From an uncultured Verrucomicrobiae bacterium (GTDB lineage Bacteria; Verrucomicrobiota; Verrucomicrobiia; Palsa-1439), in assembly GCA_963812605.1 (NCBI GenBank), contig CAWEWF010000014.1, positions 512,001-576,000 of the forward strand: a stretch of DNA of 64,000 nt, in the 5' to 3' direction. Positions within the stretch are counted from its first letter, which is position 1. Each line of letters begins with the position of its first letter. Position numbers and translations under genes: made by a program. Positions 50,567-60,825 of this stretch are shown piece after piece. The notes under the pieces are model-generated. The model was given only the letters and a program-made list of their open reading frames with translations, made no database searches and was not told where the DNA came from.

Positions 50567-51590
50567 GGGCCTTTCCCAGATAGGCTTCGATGACCTTCGG
50601 GTCGCTGCGCACTGTTTCCGGCGTGCCCTCGGCGATTTTTTCCCCGTGGTCGAGAACGGCGATGTGGTCGGAAATTCCCATCACGACCTGCATGTGGTGC
50701 TCGATAAGCAACACCGTGATGCCGCGGTCGCGAATGTTATGGATCAGTTTCATCAATTCCTGCGCCTCGGCAGGGTTCATGCCCGCAGCGGGTTCGTCGA
50801 GCAGCAGGAGGCGAGGTTGCATGGCCAGGGCGCGAGCGATTTCGAGGCGCCGTTGATGGCCGTAGGAAAGGTTTTCCGCCAATTGATTGGCCTCTCGATC
50901 CAGATCGACGAAGCGCAGGATGTCCATCGCCTGCCGCGCCGATTCGTCTCGCTCACGCCAATATAATGGCAAACGTAGCGCCACGTGCCAAACGCGGGTG
51001 CGCAATTGGCTGTCCATTCCGAGCAACACGTTGTCGAGCGCGGTCATTTGATTGAAGAGACGGATATTCTGAAACGTCCGCGCGATACCGGCACGCGCGG
51101 CCACTTCCGGAGCACGCCGCGTCCGCTGCCAGATCGCAAAAGCGCCCGCCAGTCCGATGAGGCCGCCGATCAGAAACGGAATCGCGAATCGTTGGCCCAG
51201 CGCTTCGCTGAAGTAACTGGAGGCGGCGCTGAATGCTTTCGACCAGAGGAATGCCTGCTCATAAACGTAATTCGACGTGATGGCTGCGTCCCAAAGCGGT
51301 TCGACGTTCACGATCAGCACCAGACTGAGACCCGCAACCAGACCAACGAGCGCCAGCGCCAGTGCGGTCGTCCAGCGGAATGGGCGGCGTGCTTCCTGGC
51401 CGTTAAAGCAAATGCGACCGCTGGTGGGATCGTAGATTCCCGTGATGGCGTTGAAGAGGGTGGTTTTGCCCGCGCCGTTGGGACCGATGACCGACACGAT
51501 CTCTTTTGCGGGAATATCGAGCGACACCGCGTTGACAGCCGTGAGGCCGCCGAAACGCACGGTGAGGTCGGATATTTCGAGAATGTTCAT
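50544..51590 (-). CDS. livG: Branched-chain amino acid ABC transporter ATPase with an internal two-TM insert
   Basis: GPNGAGKTT, ARTFQNIRLF, LSYGHQRRLEIARAL, DEPAAGMN, IEHHM, VIEAYLG; start MNILEI at 51590. Confidence 0.93.
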   Translation of the reverse strand: MNILEISDLTVRFGGLTAVNAVSLDIPAKEIVSVIGPNGAGKTTLFNAITGIYDPTSGRICFNGQEARRPFRWTTALALALVGLVAGLSLVLIVNVEPLWDAAITSNYVYEQAFLWSKAFSAASSYFSEALGQRFAIPFLIGGLIGLAGAFAIWQRTRRAPEVAARAGIARTFQNIRLFNQMTALDNVLLGMDSQLRTRVWHVALRLPLYWRERDESARQAMDILRFVDLDREANQLAENLSYGHQRRLEIARALAMQPRLLLLDEPAAGMNPAEAQELMKLIHNIRDRGITVLLIEHHMQVVMGISDHIAVLDHGEKIAEGTPETVRSDPKVIEAYLGKAHEDTATT

Positions 51591-52642
51591 GAAGGTGGGG
51601 GAAGTTGTGGTTCGCGTGGATGAATCTCCGCCTTGAACTGACGCGATGGCAGAAGGCCCTCGGGTCGAAAGCGCATCATCAGGATGAGGGCCAGTCCGTA
51701 GAGCATGTATTTCCAGTTGCCCGGCGCGGTGAAGACATTTGAACTGCTGATGAGCTGGTGCGCTTTGAGAAAATTCGTCACGGTTTCCAGCACGATGGAA
51801 TTGAAGCCCATGATCACCAGGGCGCCGAGGAGGACGCCGCCGACATTGCCCGTGCCGCCCACGATCACGATACACAAGGCGATGATCGAAACCTGGAAGT
51901 CGTAATTGCCCGGCTCGCCGCTGGACCCGAGATAGCTCGCCCACAATGCGCCGGCGAGGCTGCATTGCGCTGCACCGAGGGCAAACGCCAGCAGCTTCAT
52001 TTTCATCGGGTTGACACCCATGCACGAGGAGGCAAGCTCGTCTTCGCGGATGGAAATCCAGGCGCGACCGACGCGTGAGCGCTGGAGATTGCGGTTCAGG
52101 AGCACAAGCACGGCGAGGAACCCGAGAAAGAGGTAGTACCAGGGTTGGTAGGTCTCCGCGCGGAAATGGTAGCCGAACCAGGACGGCGATGGCAGGGGAT
52201 TGATGCCTTGGGTGCCCTTGGTGATGGAGTCGAGGTTCTTCAGGACGTCCTCGACAATTTCGCCGAAGCCGAGTGTGACAAGGGCAAGATAGTCGCCGCG
52301 CAGACGGATCGTTGGCAAACCGAGGAACAGTCCCACCGTCAAACCCACGAGAACGGTTAACATTGTCGCTGACCAGAAGCCAAGGCGAAAAGGATAGATG
52401 TCGCAGGTCAGAATGGCGTAGCTGTACGCGCCGACGGCCATGAACGCAGCGACGCCGAGATTCAGTTGGCCCGTGAAGCCAGTGAGAATATTCAAGCCGA
52501 GTCCGAGCATTGCCATGATGAAGATCGGCCGCAGAAGATCGCCGATGTGTGGATGTCCGGGGAGCAACAACTCGATGAGCGGAATCAGTGCCGCGACGAC
52601 AAGAAACGACCAATGAAAAGGGATGCGGCGCGGCACGGCCAT
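51587..52642 (-). CDS. livM: Branched-chain amino acid ABC transporter permease
   Basis: GLNILTGFTGQLNLG, RLRGDYLALVTLGFGEI, IREDELA, RPEGL; RBS aaggag. Confidence 0.94.
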   Translation of the reverse strand: MAVPRRIPFHWSFLVVAALIPLIELLLPGHPHIGDLLRPIFIMAMLGLGLNILTGFTGQLNLGVAAFMAVGAYSYAILTCDIYPFRLGFWSATMLTVLVGLTVGLFLGLPTIRLRGDYLALVTLGFGEIVEDVLKNLDSITKGTQGINPLPSPSWFGYHFRAETYQPWYYLFLGFLAVLVLLNRNLQRSRVGRAWISIREDELASSCMGVNPMKMKLLAFALGAAQCSLAGALWASYLGSSGEPGNYDFQVSIIALCIVIVGGTGNVGGVLLGALVIMGFNSIVLETVTNFLKAHQLISSSNVFTAPGNWKYMLYGLALILMMRFRPEGLLPSRQFKAEIHPREPQLPPPS

Positions 52643-52696
52643 CAGATGATTGTCTCCTTCATACCGTTGAATCCATTGTAAGTGGAATGTCGCCAC

Positions 52697-52755
52697 TGTA
52701 GCCGCGAAGCTTCTTCGCGGTGGCGAGCGGGCCGCGAATGCGATTCGCGGCTACA
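52697..52755. repeat. Inverted GTAG REP pair (REPIN/BIME-like)
   Basis: tGTAGccgcgaagcttcttcgcgg ... ccgcgaatgcgattcgcggCTACa. Confidence 0.8.
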
Positions 52756-52778
52756 AACGAACTCGCGTCCGCTTCGCA

Positions 52779-53741
52779 TCAGACTTTCTCCTTGGCGCGG
52801 GCACCGAGCAGTCCTTGTGGCCGAAATACGAGCACCAGAATCAGAACGGTGAAGACCAGCACGTTTGTCCAGCGGGTCTCCAGGTATTGATCACACATGG
52901 CCCGCGCCAGGCCGATGACCAGTCCGCCCAGCAGCGCGCCCGGCAGGCTGCCGATTCCGCCGAGAACCGCAGCGGTAAACGCGTCCATGCCCGCGCGATA
53001 GCCCATCTGGAAGTAGATCGTGTTGTTGTAGACGGATGACACCACGCTGGCGACACCCGCCAGCGCGCCACCGATCAGAAACGTCTGGCCGATGACGCGA
53101 TCCACGGGAATGCCCATCAATCGCGCCGCCAGCCGGTCCTGCGCGACCGCGCGCATAGCCTTGCCGGCGCGCGTGCCTTTTACGAACCATGTCAGCAGAA
53201 TCATGAGCGGCAACGTCACCACGAAGACCATGAGATCTTTGGCCGTGAACTCGATGGGGCTTTGGCCGAGTAGATTGAAATTCGAGAGTAGGGCCGGGAA
53301 ATCCTTGGGGGAGGCGGCAGAGCGTCCCAACCCGAAAACGTTCATCGGGATGCCACCCCAGAGCAGGCCGATATTCATGAACACGAAGGAGAGCCCAATC
53401 GCTGAGACGAGCGGGGCCAGCTTGGTGGAGTCGCGGAGATGTCGATAAGCGAAACGGTCCGCGAGCCAGTTCAGGCCGCCGCAGAAGACCGGCACGATCA
53501 GCAGCATCAGGAACAGACCCAACCACATGCCCGGTGCGCCTGCGGCGAGGTGGTCGAGGCCGAGAAGTCCCACCAGCGTGAGCGCCGCGAAACTGCCGAG
53601 CATGAAGAGGTCGCCATGGGCGAAGTTGATGAGCTCGATGATGCCGTAGACCATCGTGTAGCCCAGGGCGATGAGGGCGATGATCATCCCGTTGGATAAT
53701 CCGATGATCAGTTGTTGCAGGAAAATCTCACTGCCGGACAT
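52779..53741 (-). CDS. livH: Branched-chain amino acid ABC transporter permease
   Basis: LGYTMVYGIIELINFAHG, GKAMRAVAQD, AAVLGGIGS, RPQGLLG. Confidence 0.95.
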   Translation of the reverse strand: MSGSEIFLQQLIIGLSNGMIIALIALGYTMVYGIIELINFAHGDLFMLGSFAALTLVGLLGLDHLAAGAPGMWLGLFLMLLIVPVFCGGLNWLADRFAYRHLRDSTKLAPLVSAIGLSFVFMNIGLLWGGIPMNVFGLGRSAASPKDFPALLSNFNLLGQSPIEFTAKDLMVFVVTLPLMILLTWFVKGTRAGKAMRAVAQDRLAARLMGIPVDRVIGQTFLIGGALAGVASVVSSVYNNTIYFQMGYRAGMDAFTAAVLGGIGSLPGALLGGLVIGLARAMCDQYLETRWTNVLVFTVLILVLVFRPQGLLGARAKEKV

Positions 53742-53748
53742 GCGGCCC

Positions 53749-53777
53749 ACTGTAGCGGCGCGCTACGAGCGTCGCAA
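53749..53777 (-). promoter_or_regulatory. Leaderless-type livH promoter overlapping a GTAG REP-like hairpin
   Basis: TTGCGA, 17 bp, TACAGT, 7 bp, ATG; plus strand reads GTAGcggcgc-gctacga-gcgtcgc. Confidence 0.5.
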
Positions 53778-53841
53778 TCTGAATTGTAGTCGTGGGGCTG
53801 TTACGCTCGGGAACATTGGTGCGAGCCTTCGCAGCCAGCTA

Positions 53842-54097
53842 TCAACGATGCGCTTTCTCGATCTTGATGACTTTGAGCTCCTGCGTAGCATGGTCAGCCC
53901 AGTAGGTTAGCGCATAAGGGCCGATGATTTTGACTTGTAGTGGGCGTCCAAGTTCATCTTGGCCCTGATAATCCACGGTCTGGAATCCGGTCGTTCGCAA
54001 GGCGATTTAGGAAATCTAGAATCAAGCGTCTTTGCTGAGACGACGGGAGCGGAATGCCAAGCACCTCGTGCGTAATGAGGACGCGATAGGTGGGCAA
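53842..54097 (-). pseudogene. RelE/ParE-like toxin with one frameshift near 53985 (not in the ORF track)
   Basis: LPTYRVLITHEVL...QRRLILDFLNRLAND / FQTVDYQGQDELGRPLQVKIIGPYALTYWADHATQELKVIKIEKAHR*; about 85 aa, directly after an antitoxin-like ORF. Confidence 0.6.
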
Positions 54098-54100
54098 GCG

Positions 54101-54295
54101 TTATTCTTTCCAGCGCTATTCGAGTTCGTTGAGCGATACCCAATGGGAAGGATCACGGTCATTGACGCTGCTGGCCAACTCTTTGCGAAGCTTCGGGTCA
54201 CGTTCATACCGAAAGTGGACAAGATACGCGGCCAGACGATCCTGTTGCTTTACTGTCAAGCCAGCGAGTTCTTTCTCGAGTTCCTTGATCGACTT
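54101..54295 (-). pseudogene. Addiction-module antitoxin-like gene, degenerate
   Basis: SIKELEKELAGLTVKQQDRLAAYL...DRDPSHWVSLNELE*RWKE*; TTGATA-17-TATATT upstream, with AAG where ATG would be expected. Confidence 0.55.
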
Positions 54296-54351
54296 GGCAA
54301 AATATAACAAATCGACACGGCAATATCAAGACTGCTGCTCCGGTATCCCAC

Positions 54352-54413
54352 GCGATGATAATTCCGTTGGACACACGTGATCAGTTGTTGCAGGAAAATT
54401 CATACCCGGACAT
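54352..54413 (-). pseudogene. Diverged duplicate of the livH 5' end (matches 53677-53741)
   Basis: Encodes MSGYE-FLQQLI--VSNGIIIA vs MSGSEIFLQQLIIGLSNGMIIA; has its own TTGACC-17-TAGAGT promoter. Confidence 0.88.
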
Positions 54414-54489
54414 ATCGGCGAGACTCTAGCGACGCGGGGGTGCAGGGTCAATTACAGTGTACGGTTCGCGTACGCGTTACGACGCGCTG

Positions 54490-54666
54490 CTAGTAATCTC
54501 GGAGCGCCTTGCGCACGTCAAGCTCTTGAGTTGCGATACGGACGGCTTCGTCGAATTTGTCCTTTTGAACAATCTTCGCATCCACAAGCGCATCAATGAC
54601 CGACCGACCCGCAGAATCTCTGCTCGAAAGTTTTCTACTTGGAACATCTGGTTGTTCTTCACCCAT
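54490..54666 (-). CDS. Small hypothetical protein
   Basis: MGEEQP...VIDALVDAKIVQKDKFDEAVRIATQELDVRKALRDY; starts 5 bp after the livK stop. Confidence 0.55.
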   Translation of the reverse strand: MGEEQPDVPSRKLSSRDSAGRSVIDALVDAKIVQKDKFDEAVRIATQELDVRKALRDY

Positions 54667-54671
54667 GATAT

Positions 54672-55871
54672 TCACATCCCCACGATTTTTACGGGCGTGA
54701 ATTTGCCGTCTTTGATTTCTTCAACCGCCATGACCTTCAAAGAAGTGTCGCCGTTTTGGTCGAAGGACCACTTGCCGAGGCGCCGTCAAAGTTGCGGAGG
54801 TTGGTGATGGCTTCGGTGATCGCGGCGCGGTCTTTCTTCCCGGCGCGTTTCGAGGCCTTCGAGCACCACGCGCGCGGCTTCGTAGCCGTAAACGGCGTAG
54901 GCTTCGGGCTCGGCGTTGTATTTCTTTTTATAGTTCTCGTAGAAGTCCTTGCCGCGACCTGGAGTTCGTTCGGGGGCAGGCCGCCAAAGGTGACGTAGGT
55001 ACGGTCATCGAGGTTGTCATTCCCGGCGGAATCGATGAGGGCTTGTTCGCGGCAGCCGTCGGGGACCATGAACTTCACCTTCGCGCCGACGGCGACGGAA
55101 TCTTTAGCGAACTGGCCCGCATTCGTCTGGGTGGTGCCGCCGAAATAAACCAAATCGGCGTCAGTGCTTTTGACCTTCGTCATCGAGGGAGCGATAATTC
55201 GCCCGCCTTCGGGTCGATGCCTTCGTAGCCGACGACGTGAATGCCGAGTTTGATGCAGGCCCGCTTGAACACGTCCGCGACGCCTTTGCCGTAGAGTTCG
55301 CGGTCGTGAAGAACGAAGACTTTCTTCACGCCGAGTTCCTTGGCCCATTGCGCGGCGACTTCGCCCTGGATGTCGTCGGCGGGGACAACGCGGAAAAAAT
55401 TGATTTTGCCTGAGACGGGCGGTACACCGGGTTCATTGGCTTCACCGAGCCGGGTTTGGTGAGGACCGGGGTACGTGTGGCGGGGCTGACCATCAGAAGG
55501 GAGGCTTCGTTAAGAATCGGCATCGGAGATTTTCGCGGCACCGGAGTTGTACGGTGCCGATGTAGGCCATGATGTCGGGGTCTTGGACGGCTTTCTGCGC
55601 GTTCTGGCGCCTCAACGGCCAGGGTCCCGTTGACCACGCTGGGGAGAAGCGTCGTCCCAGTCTTCATAGGCAAAGTGAAATCGCCGATCTTGCCCCCGGC
55701 TTCGTCGATGGCCATGCGGATGCCATTGACTAGCGTGGTGCTTCGCGCGGTCGCGCTACCTGTGCGTGGCAGGCTGGAGACGATTTTGATGAAGGGCGAA
55801 TCGGCGGCGTGCGCCAGGGAACAGATCATCGCACAGAATCTCAGGGAGCAAAGAAGGAACAATCGTTTCAT
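54672..55871 (-). CDS. livK: Branched-chain amino acid ABC transporter substrate-binding protein (many frameshifts)
   Basis: Signal peptide, IKIVSSLPRTGS, NGIRMAIDEAGGK, DLVYFGG, MVPDG; ends IKDGKFTPVKIVGM*. Confidence 0.85.
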
Positions 55872-56028
55872 GGGGGCTTATGTGTCACAAAGACCCGGGC
55901 GCCTGCAATCTCAAAGGCCTGCTAAATCAGAGGTTAGCCATCCGGCGAGCCAAGCAAATTGAGAAATCCCGGAAAAAGCTTTTAAAAAACTGCCTGAAAT
56001 GATAACGTTTGCAGCCGGACGGATTTCT

Positions 56029-59000
56029 GTGAAAGAGCACACCATTCTGGGACTTGTGGCCGGGTTGACCTTGTGCTTGCAACCTGTGTTCACGGACAGA
56101 CCTTGTCGATACGAGCGGACCAAGCAGGCAGAACGATTTACGGCAGTGGCGGCACGAATTACGTTGGATCCCCCGGGCCCAACTGGGGGCCGCGGGTTGG
56201 GAGCTTCGGGCAAGGATCGGTACTTGTCCTGCCGTTCCAACTCCCGACACTGTCCGCCGGAGCGCAGTTCGCCACGGCCGATTTCCAAGTCTGGCTCTAC
56301 GACATTACCGGTCAGACGAATGTTCCCTTCCAGGTTGACTTATACGGACTGGCCTCGCGAAATACGAACACCGTTCTGGCCGCTGATTTCTACGTGAGCG
56401 GCGCGCCTGATCCCAGCAATACGTTGATCCAAGCGCGATATCTGACCCCTGTGTCAACGAACGGCCACGGCTCCATCAGCATTTCCGGGGGCGTGACGAC
56501 TCCTCCGTCAATTGTGACCGGGGCCGGCGGGAGCAGCGCATTGGTGAGCTACCTCAATGCCCAGTACAACAGCGGCGGGAGCGGGACGGTGAATTTCTTG
56601 CGGCTCAGTCCCGCGACGAATGTCTTTAACGGCAACTACGCGTACGATCCGCTGACATCGTTTGCCGGAGAGAGCCATGCACATCCGTTGCTTGAGTACA
56701 CGACGACGACAACAAACAGCGTGCCGTTTCGACCACGAACAGACGATCAATCTGGTGTTTCCCGTGCAAGGCCTGGCCTACGCCAAATTGGATGTTGCAC
56801 CGGCACGGATCAGCGTGACGCCAATTTCGCCGGAGGGCATCACCGCTCCTTCGGTCGCAATCCGACGGTCCCGGTAACCTACCAATACACTTTCCCGCCC
56901 AACACAACGATCACGATTGCCAAGAATCAATTCACGGGGACAGCGCCCAACACGGACATCCAGTTCAGCACCATCGACTATACCGGTCAGATCATCACCG
57001 GCCATCTGGTATCCACGCTGGCACTCGACGGCAGCACCTGGAATGTCCAGGTCTACGACGTGGCCGCCTCGAACACCAACGGCCTCAGCCCGCTGATTCC
57101 TGATCCCTACCAGGCACGGCGCCGCCACCCGTCACCGGGTCGTTCCCGCTCGTGGCGCCGTTGGATCAAGCGATGATCACGACACCCGTCGTCCCGTCTT
57201 TACTTGGGCGTCGGTAGCCGGGGCGGTGAAGTACGACCTTTATCTCAACATTAGCCGCACGGACTACGACTGGATGGCTCCGGGAAGTTTGCTTGACCGC
57301 TACACGCTGGTTGTCACAGTCACGGCCAGGCACCACGTACTGGCTCCAACAGGACCTGCCGGATCGCTGGACATATAAATGGTACGTCGTTGCGACTGAC
57401 GGTTCGAACGTCACGAGTCGTTCCGATCTCCGCACGTTCAGCGTCTACCTACCAAATGTAACGACGGTGGCGGATGGCACACCAATCATCAACGGCATGC
57501 GCGACCTTAACAGGGACGGCATTATCGAGCCGTATGAGGACTGGCATAATCCGCCCGCTGTGCGCGTCGCCGACCTCTTGTCGCGAATGACATTGCATGA
57601 GAAAGCCATGCAACTCTTCTTCAATGCCCAGGTTTATCCGAAATGCCGGTTTCGCCTTTGGTCGATTCCAAGCGAGCGATTTGTTGAACTATCAGTTGGC
57701 GGCCGCCACGAATCGCCTGGGAATTCCTTTCCTTTCCGCCCGGCGACACCGTCGCCGGGTACAAGACAACGTACCCGACCGAACCGGGTCTTGCGGCGAC
57801 GCGCGACCTGAATTCAATCTGGGCCGTCACCGATGTCCAACGGCGCGAGTCGGTCGCCATCGGTTATCGCGGCACGCTTTCGCCACTCGCCGAGGTAGGC
57901 ACCAAGGTGCTGTATCCGCGGATCCAGGAAGGCGGCGGTGAAGATGCCGACCTGGTGGCCGGAAAATCATTCGCGCGATGGTCGTCGGGTTGCAGGGCGG
58001 GCCGGTAATAACCCGCAGTCGATCATGATTACCACCAAGCATTGGCCCGGTGAGGGTGCCGGCGGCGAAAGCGGAATCGTTTATGATGGAACGACCATTC
58101 ACTATCACATGCGCCCGTGGCACGCGGCCATCGAAGCCGGCACCAGCGTCATTATGCCTGGTTATGCCGGAGCATTCTGCTTGGGCCGCAAGGCTTCGGC
58201 GCCTGCGACAATCCATCGATTATCGCCTACCTGCGAACCAATATGAATTACACCGGCGTCATCTGCACCGATTGGCTGCCCCCGGCGATTGGGTCCAGGC
58301 GGAGGAGGCCGTTTGAACGTCATGGGGGGCGCTGATCCAACGCAGATGGGAACGTTTGAGACGGATGTGCCCGAAAGCCCGTGGTATTGATGAGGCTGTC
58401 AGCCGTGTGCTCGACCTCAAGTTCCGCATGGGCATCTTCGAAGATCCGTACGGGAGCAACGTCAACGGCACCGTGACATGGCACACGCCGCAGAATGTCG
58501 CGGTGGTGCATCAGACAGCGGTGGAATCCCTGACGCTGCTGAAAAACGACGGTGTCCTGCCGCTCCGTCTGCCAGCCCGGCAGCGCCATCGTGGTGGCCG
58601 GCCCGCGTGCCGACGATCCCTCGTGTATGGTGACGTGGCGCAGCGATTTCCATAACACGGACTTCGGCAGCAAGACCATTTACCAGGCGATTGTCGCCCG
58701 CGCGGCCCAGGATGGCATCACCGTCTACAAGAATGCCGCGCCTGTCGGAACCAATGTGGCAGCCGCGATTGTGGTGGTCGGCGAGAGTTACTACACGCAC
58801 GGCACGTATTGGGACGATAACAGCCCATATCTTCCGGATGATCCGATCGGACCACCGCACGATACCAACGACGCGCCGCAATACGGCATCATCCAGGCGT
58901 TCCGCAGCAACAACGTCCCGACCACGACCATCTGCTTGCTCCCGCGGCCCTATGTGTTGACGAACGTGGCCGCGCTCAGTGACGCGTTGATGGTGGTGTA

Positions 59001-60692
59001 TCGACCCGGCGATGAAGGCGGCCCCGCGGTTGCCGAGACGCTGTTTGGCGATCATTTGCCGTCGGGTAAGACGCCGTGGCAGTTGCCGCGCGGGATGGAT
59101 CAGGTGGGCAACGATGACTCCGCGAACTGGAACAACCAGCCTGACAAGTGGGATCTCCCATTCGATTTGGGGGCGACCACGGCGGAGTTGAGTCAAATCC
59201 GATCCAATATCGCAGCCGGATTACCTGTCCCGCCCACGACCGGTGATCCGCTCTTTCAATACGGTTCCGGCATTTCAGGGGTTCGGCCTGACCGACACCA
59301 ATGCGCCGCTGGCGTTCACGCTATTGACGCCAACCAACGGCCAGAACGTCGCCGGTGCCATCCCGACCTTTACGTGGCAACCCAGTTCGGATCCGGATAC
59401 CGGCATCGCGCGCTACGAACTCTATGTGGACAACACTTTGGTCGCCAGCAACCATAATAGCACCTCCTATTCGCTGACCGGCACCATTTTGGGCAATGGA
59501 GCCCACACTTGGTACGTGGACGCCTACAATTGGGCCGGCGGTGTCACTACATCACCGACCTTCACGTTTACGATCAATGACGTGGTTCCGCCCACAGCAT
59601 TCCTTACCTTGCTGCCGACGGACGGCACGACGGTAAACACCCTCAACGCCGTGGTCTTTTATTGGGAGCAAACCACGGACAGCGGCACCGGCGTCGCCGA
59701 TTATATTCTGCAGATTGACGGGACCAATGTCGTCACGGTCACTCCGAGTGCATATGTGTCGCCCACCAAGAATCTCGCGCTTGGGCAGACGGCCTACGCC
59801 AGTTCCACGAGCTTCGGCACTCCCGGTGCCGCGGTGGATGGTGATCTGACGACGCGCTGGTCCAGTGACTGGGTTGCCGTGTCAAACGCCGACACCGAGT
59901 GGTTCGCCGTTGATCTGGGGGCGACCTATTCGATCAAGGAAGTTGTCCTCATGTGGGAAGCCGCCTACGGGAAGGAATACCTGATTCAAGTTTCCAACGA
60001 TAATGCCAAGCTGGAACACGATCTATCACAAGACCGGCGGCACGGGAGGCACCAATGACCTCACAGGCCTTGTCGGCGCCGGCGGGTACGTCCGCATGCA
60101 GGGGGTCCAGCGCGGCACCGGGTATGGCTACTCGCTGTGGGAATTTCAGGTCTTTGGCCTGGGCACCGAAGCAGCGGCGGCTTCTGTCCCGACCGGGACC
60201 AACACCTGGCAGGTCCAAGCGGTTGACGGCGCCGGCAACGTTGCTGCCAACAGCAATGGTGCTCTCACCATCATCGGCCCGCTCACGCCGCTCCAGCAGT
60301 GGCGTCAAACAAATTTCAGCACGCTCAACGCCAACGACCCTATCGGCGGTGACACCGCCAATCCTGCCGGCGATGGGCTAGCGAATCTTCTGAAGTATGG
60401 ACTTGGCCTCGACCCGCACCAAGCTGTGACCGCAGGCCTGCCGACGACGTCGCTATCGAATGGCACCTATCTCAGCCTCACGTTCACCAGGCTCAAGAGC
60501 GCCACGGACATCACCTACCATGTCGAAGTAAGCGGCGACTTGAAGGCTTGGAACGAAATCTGGAACAGCCTCGTTGTCCCCTACGGCGGCGGAACCAGCC
60601 CGTCGCAACAAGTCACGGTCATGGACGGCGTCCCAATCTCCGCGGCTCCCGGCGGTTGCCGGTTCCTCCGTCTCCGGGTTTCCCGGCCTTAG
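56029..60692 (+). CDS. Giant secreted modular GH3 glycoside hydrolase (about 1550 aa; many frameshifts) with Fn3/Ig repeats, CBM32 and a Verrucomicrobia-type C-terminal domain
   Basis: Signal peptide; RDLNRDGIIEPYEDW...DLLSRMTLHEK, KHWPG, MPGY, GVICTDW, ESLTLLKND, GKTPWQLPR; F5/8C motifs AVDGD..TRWSS and YSLWEFQVFG; WRQTNF...GDGLANLLKYGLGLDP...FLRLRV. Confidence 0.82.
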
Positions 60693-60722
60693 TTACCACG
60701 GCGCTTTGGGTGCTGAAAACGC

Positions 60723-60750
60723 TTGCATTTTTGTGCTAAATTTGTAGTAT
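60723..60750 (+). promoter_or_regulatory. Possible sigma70 promoter
   Basis: TTGCAT, 16 bp, TAGTAT upstream of the PEP-CTERM gene. Confidence 0.4.
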
Positions 60751-60825
60751 CGATTTTGGAGAAGCAGTGTAGCGAAGTACGGGCGAGTTAAACAAGAGAC
60801 CGAGTCTCAGTGGGAGGGCCATGGT

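Noticed and set aside
50544-52613. 689-aa ORF suggesting a LivM-LivG fusion
   Set aside because: The N-terminal half is an off-frame shadow of livM; livG starts at 51590 with an ATGA overlap.
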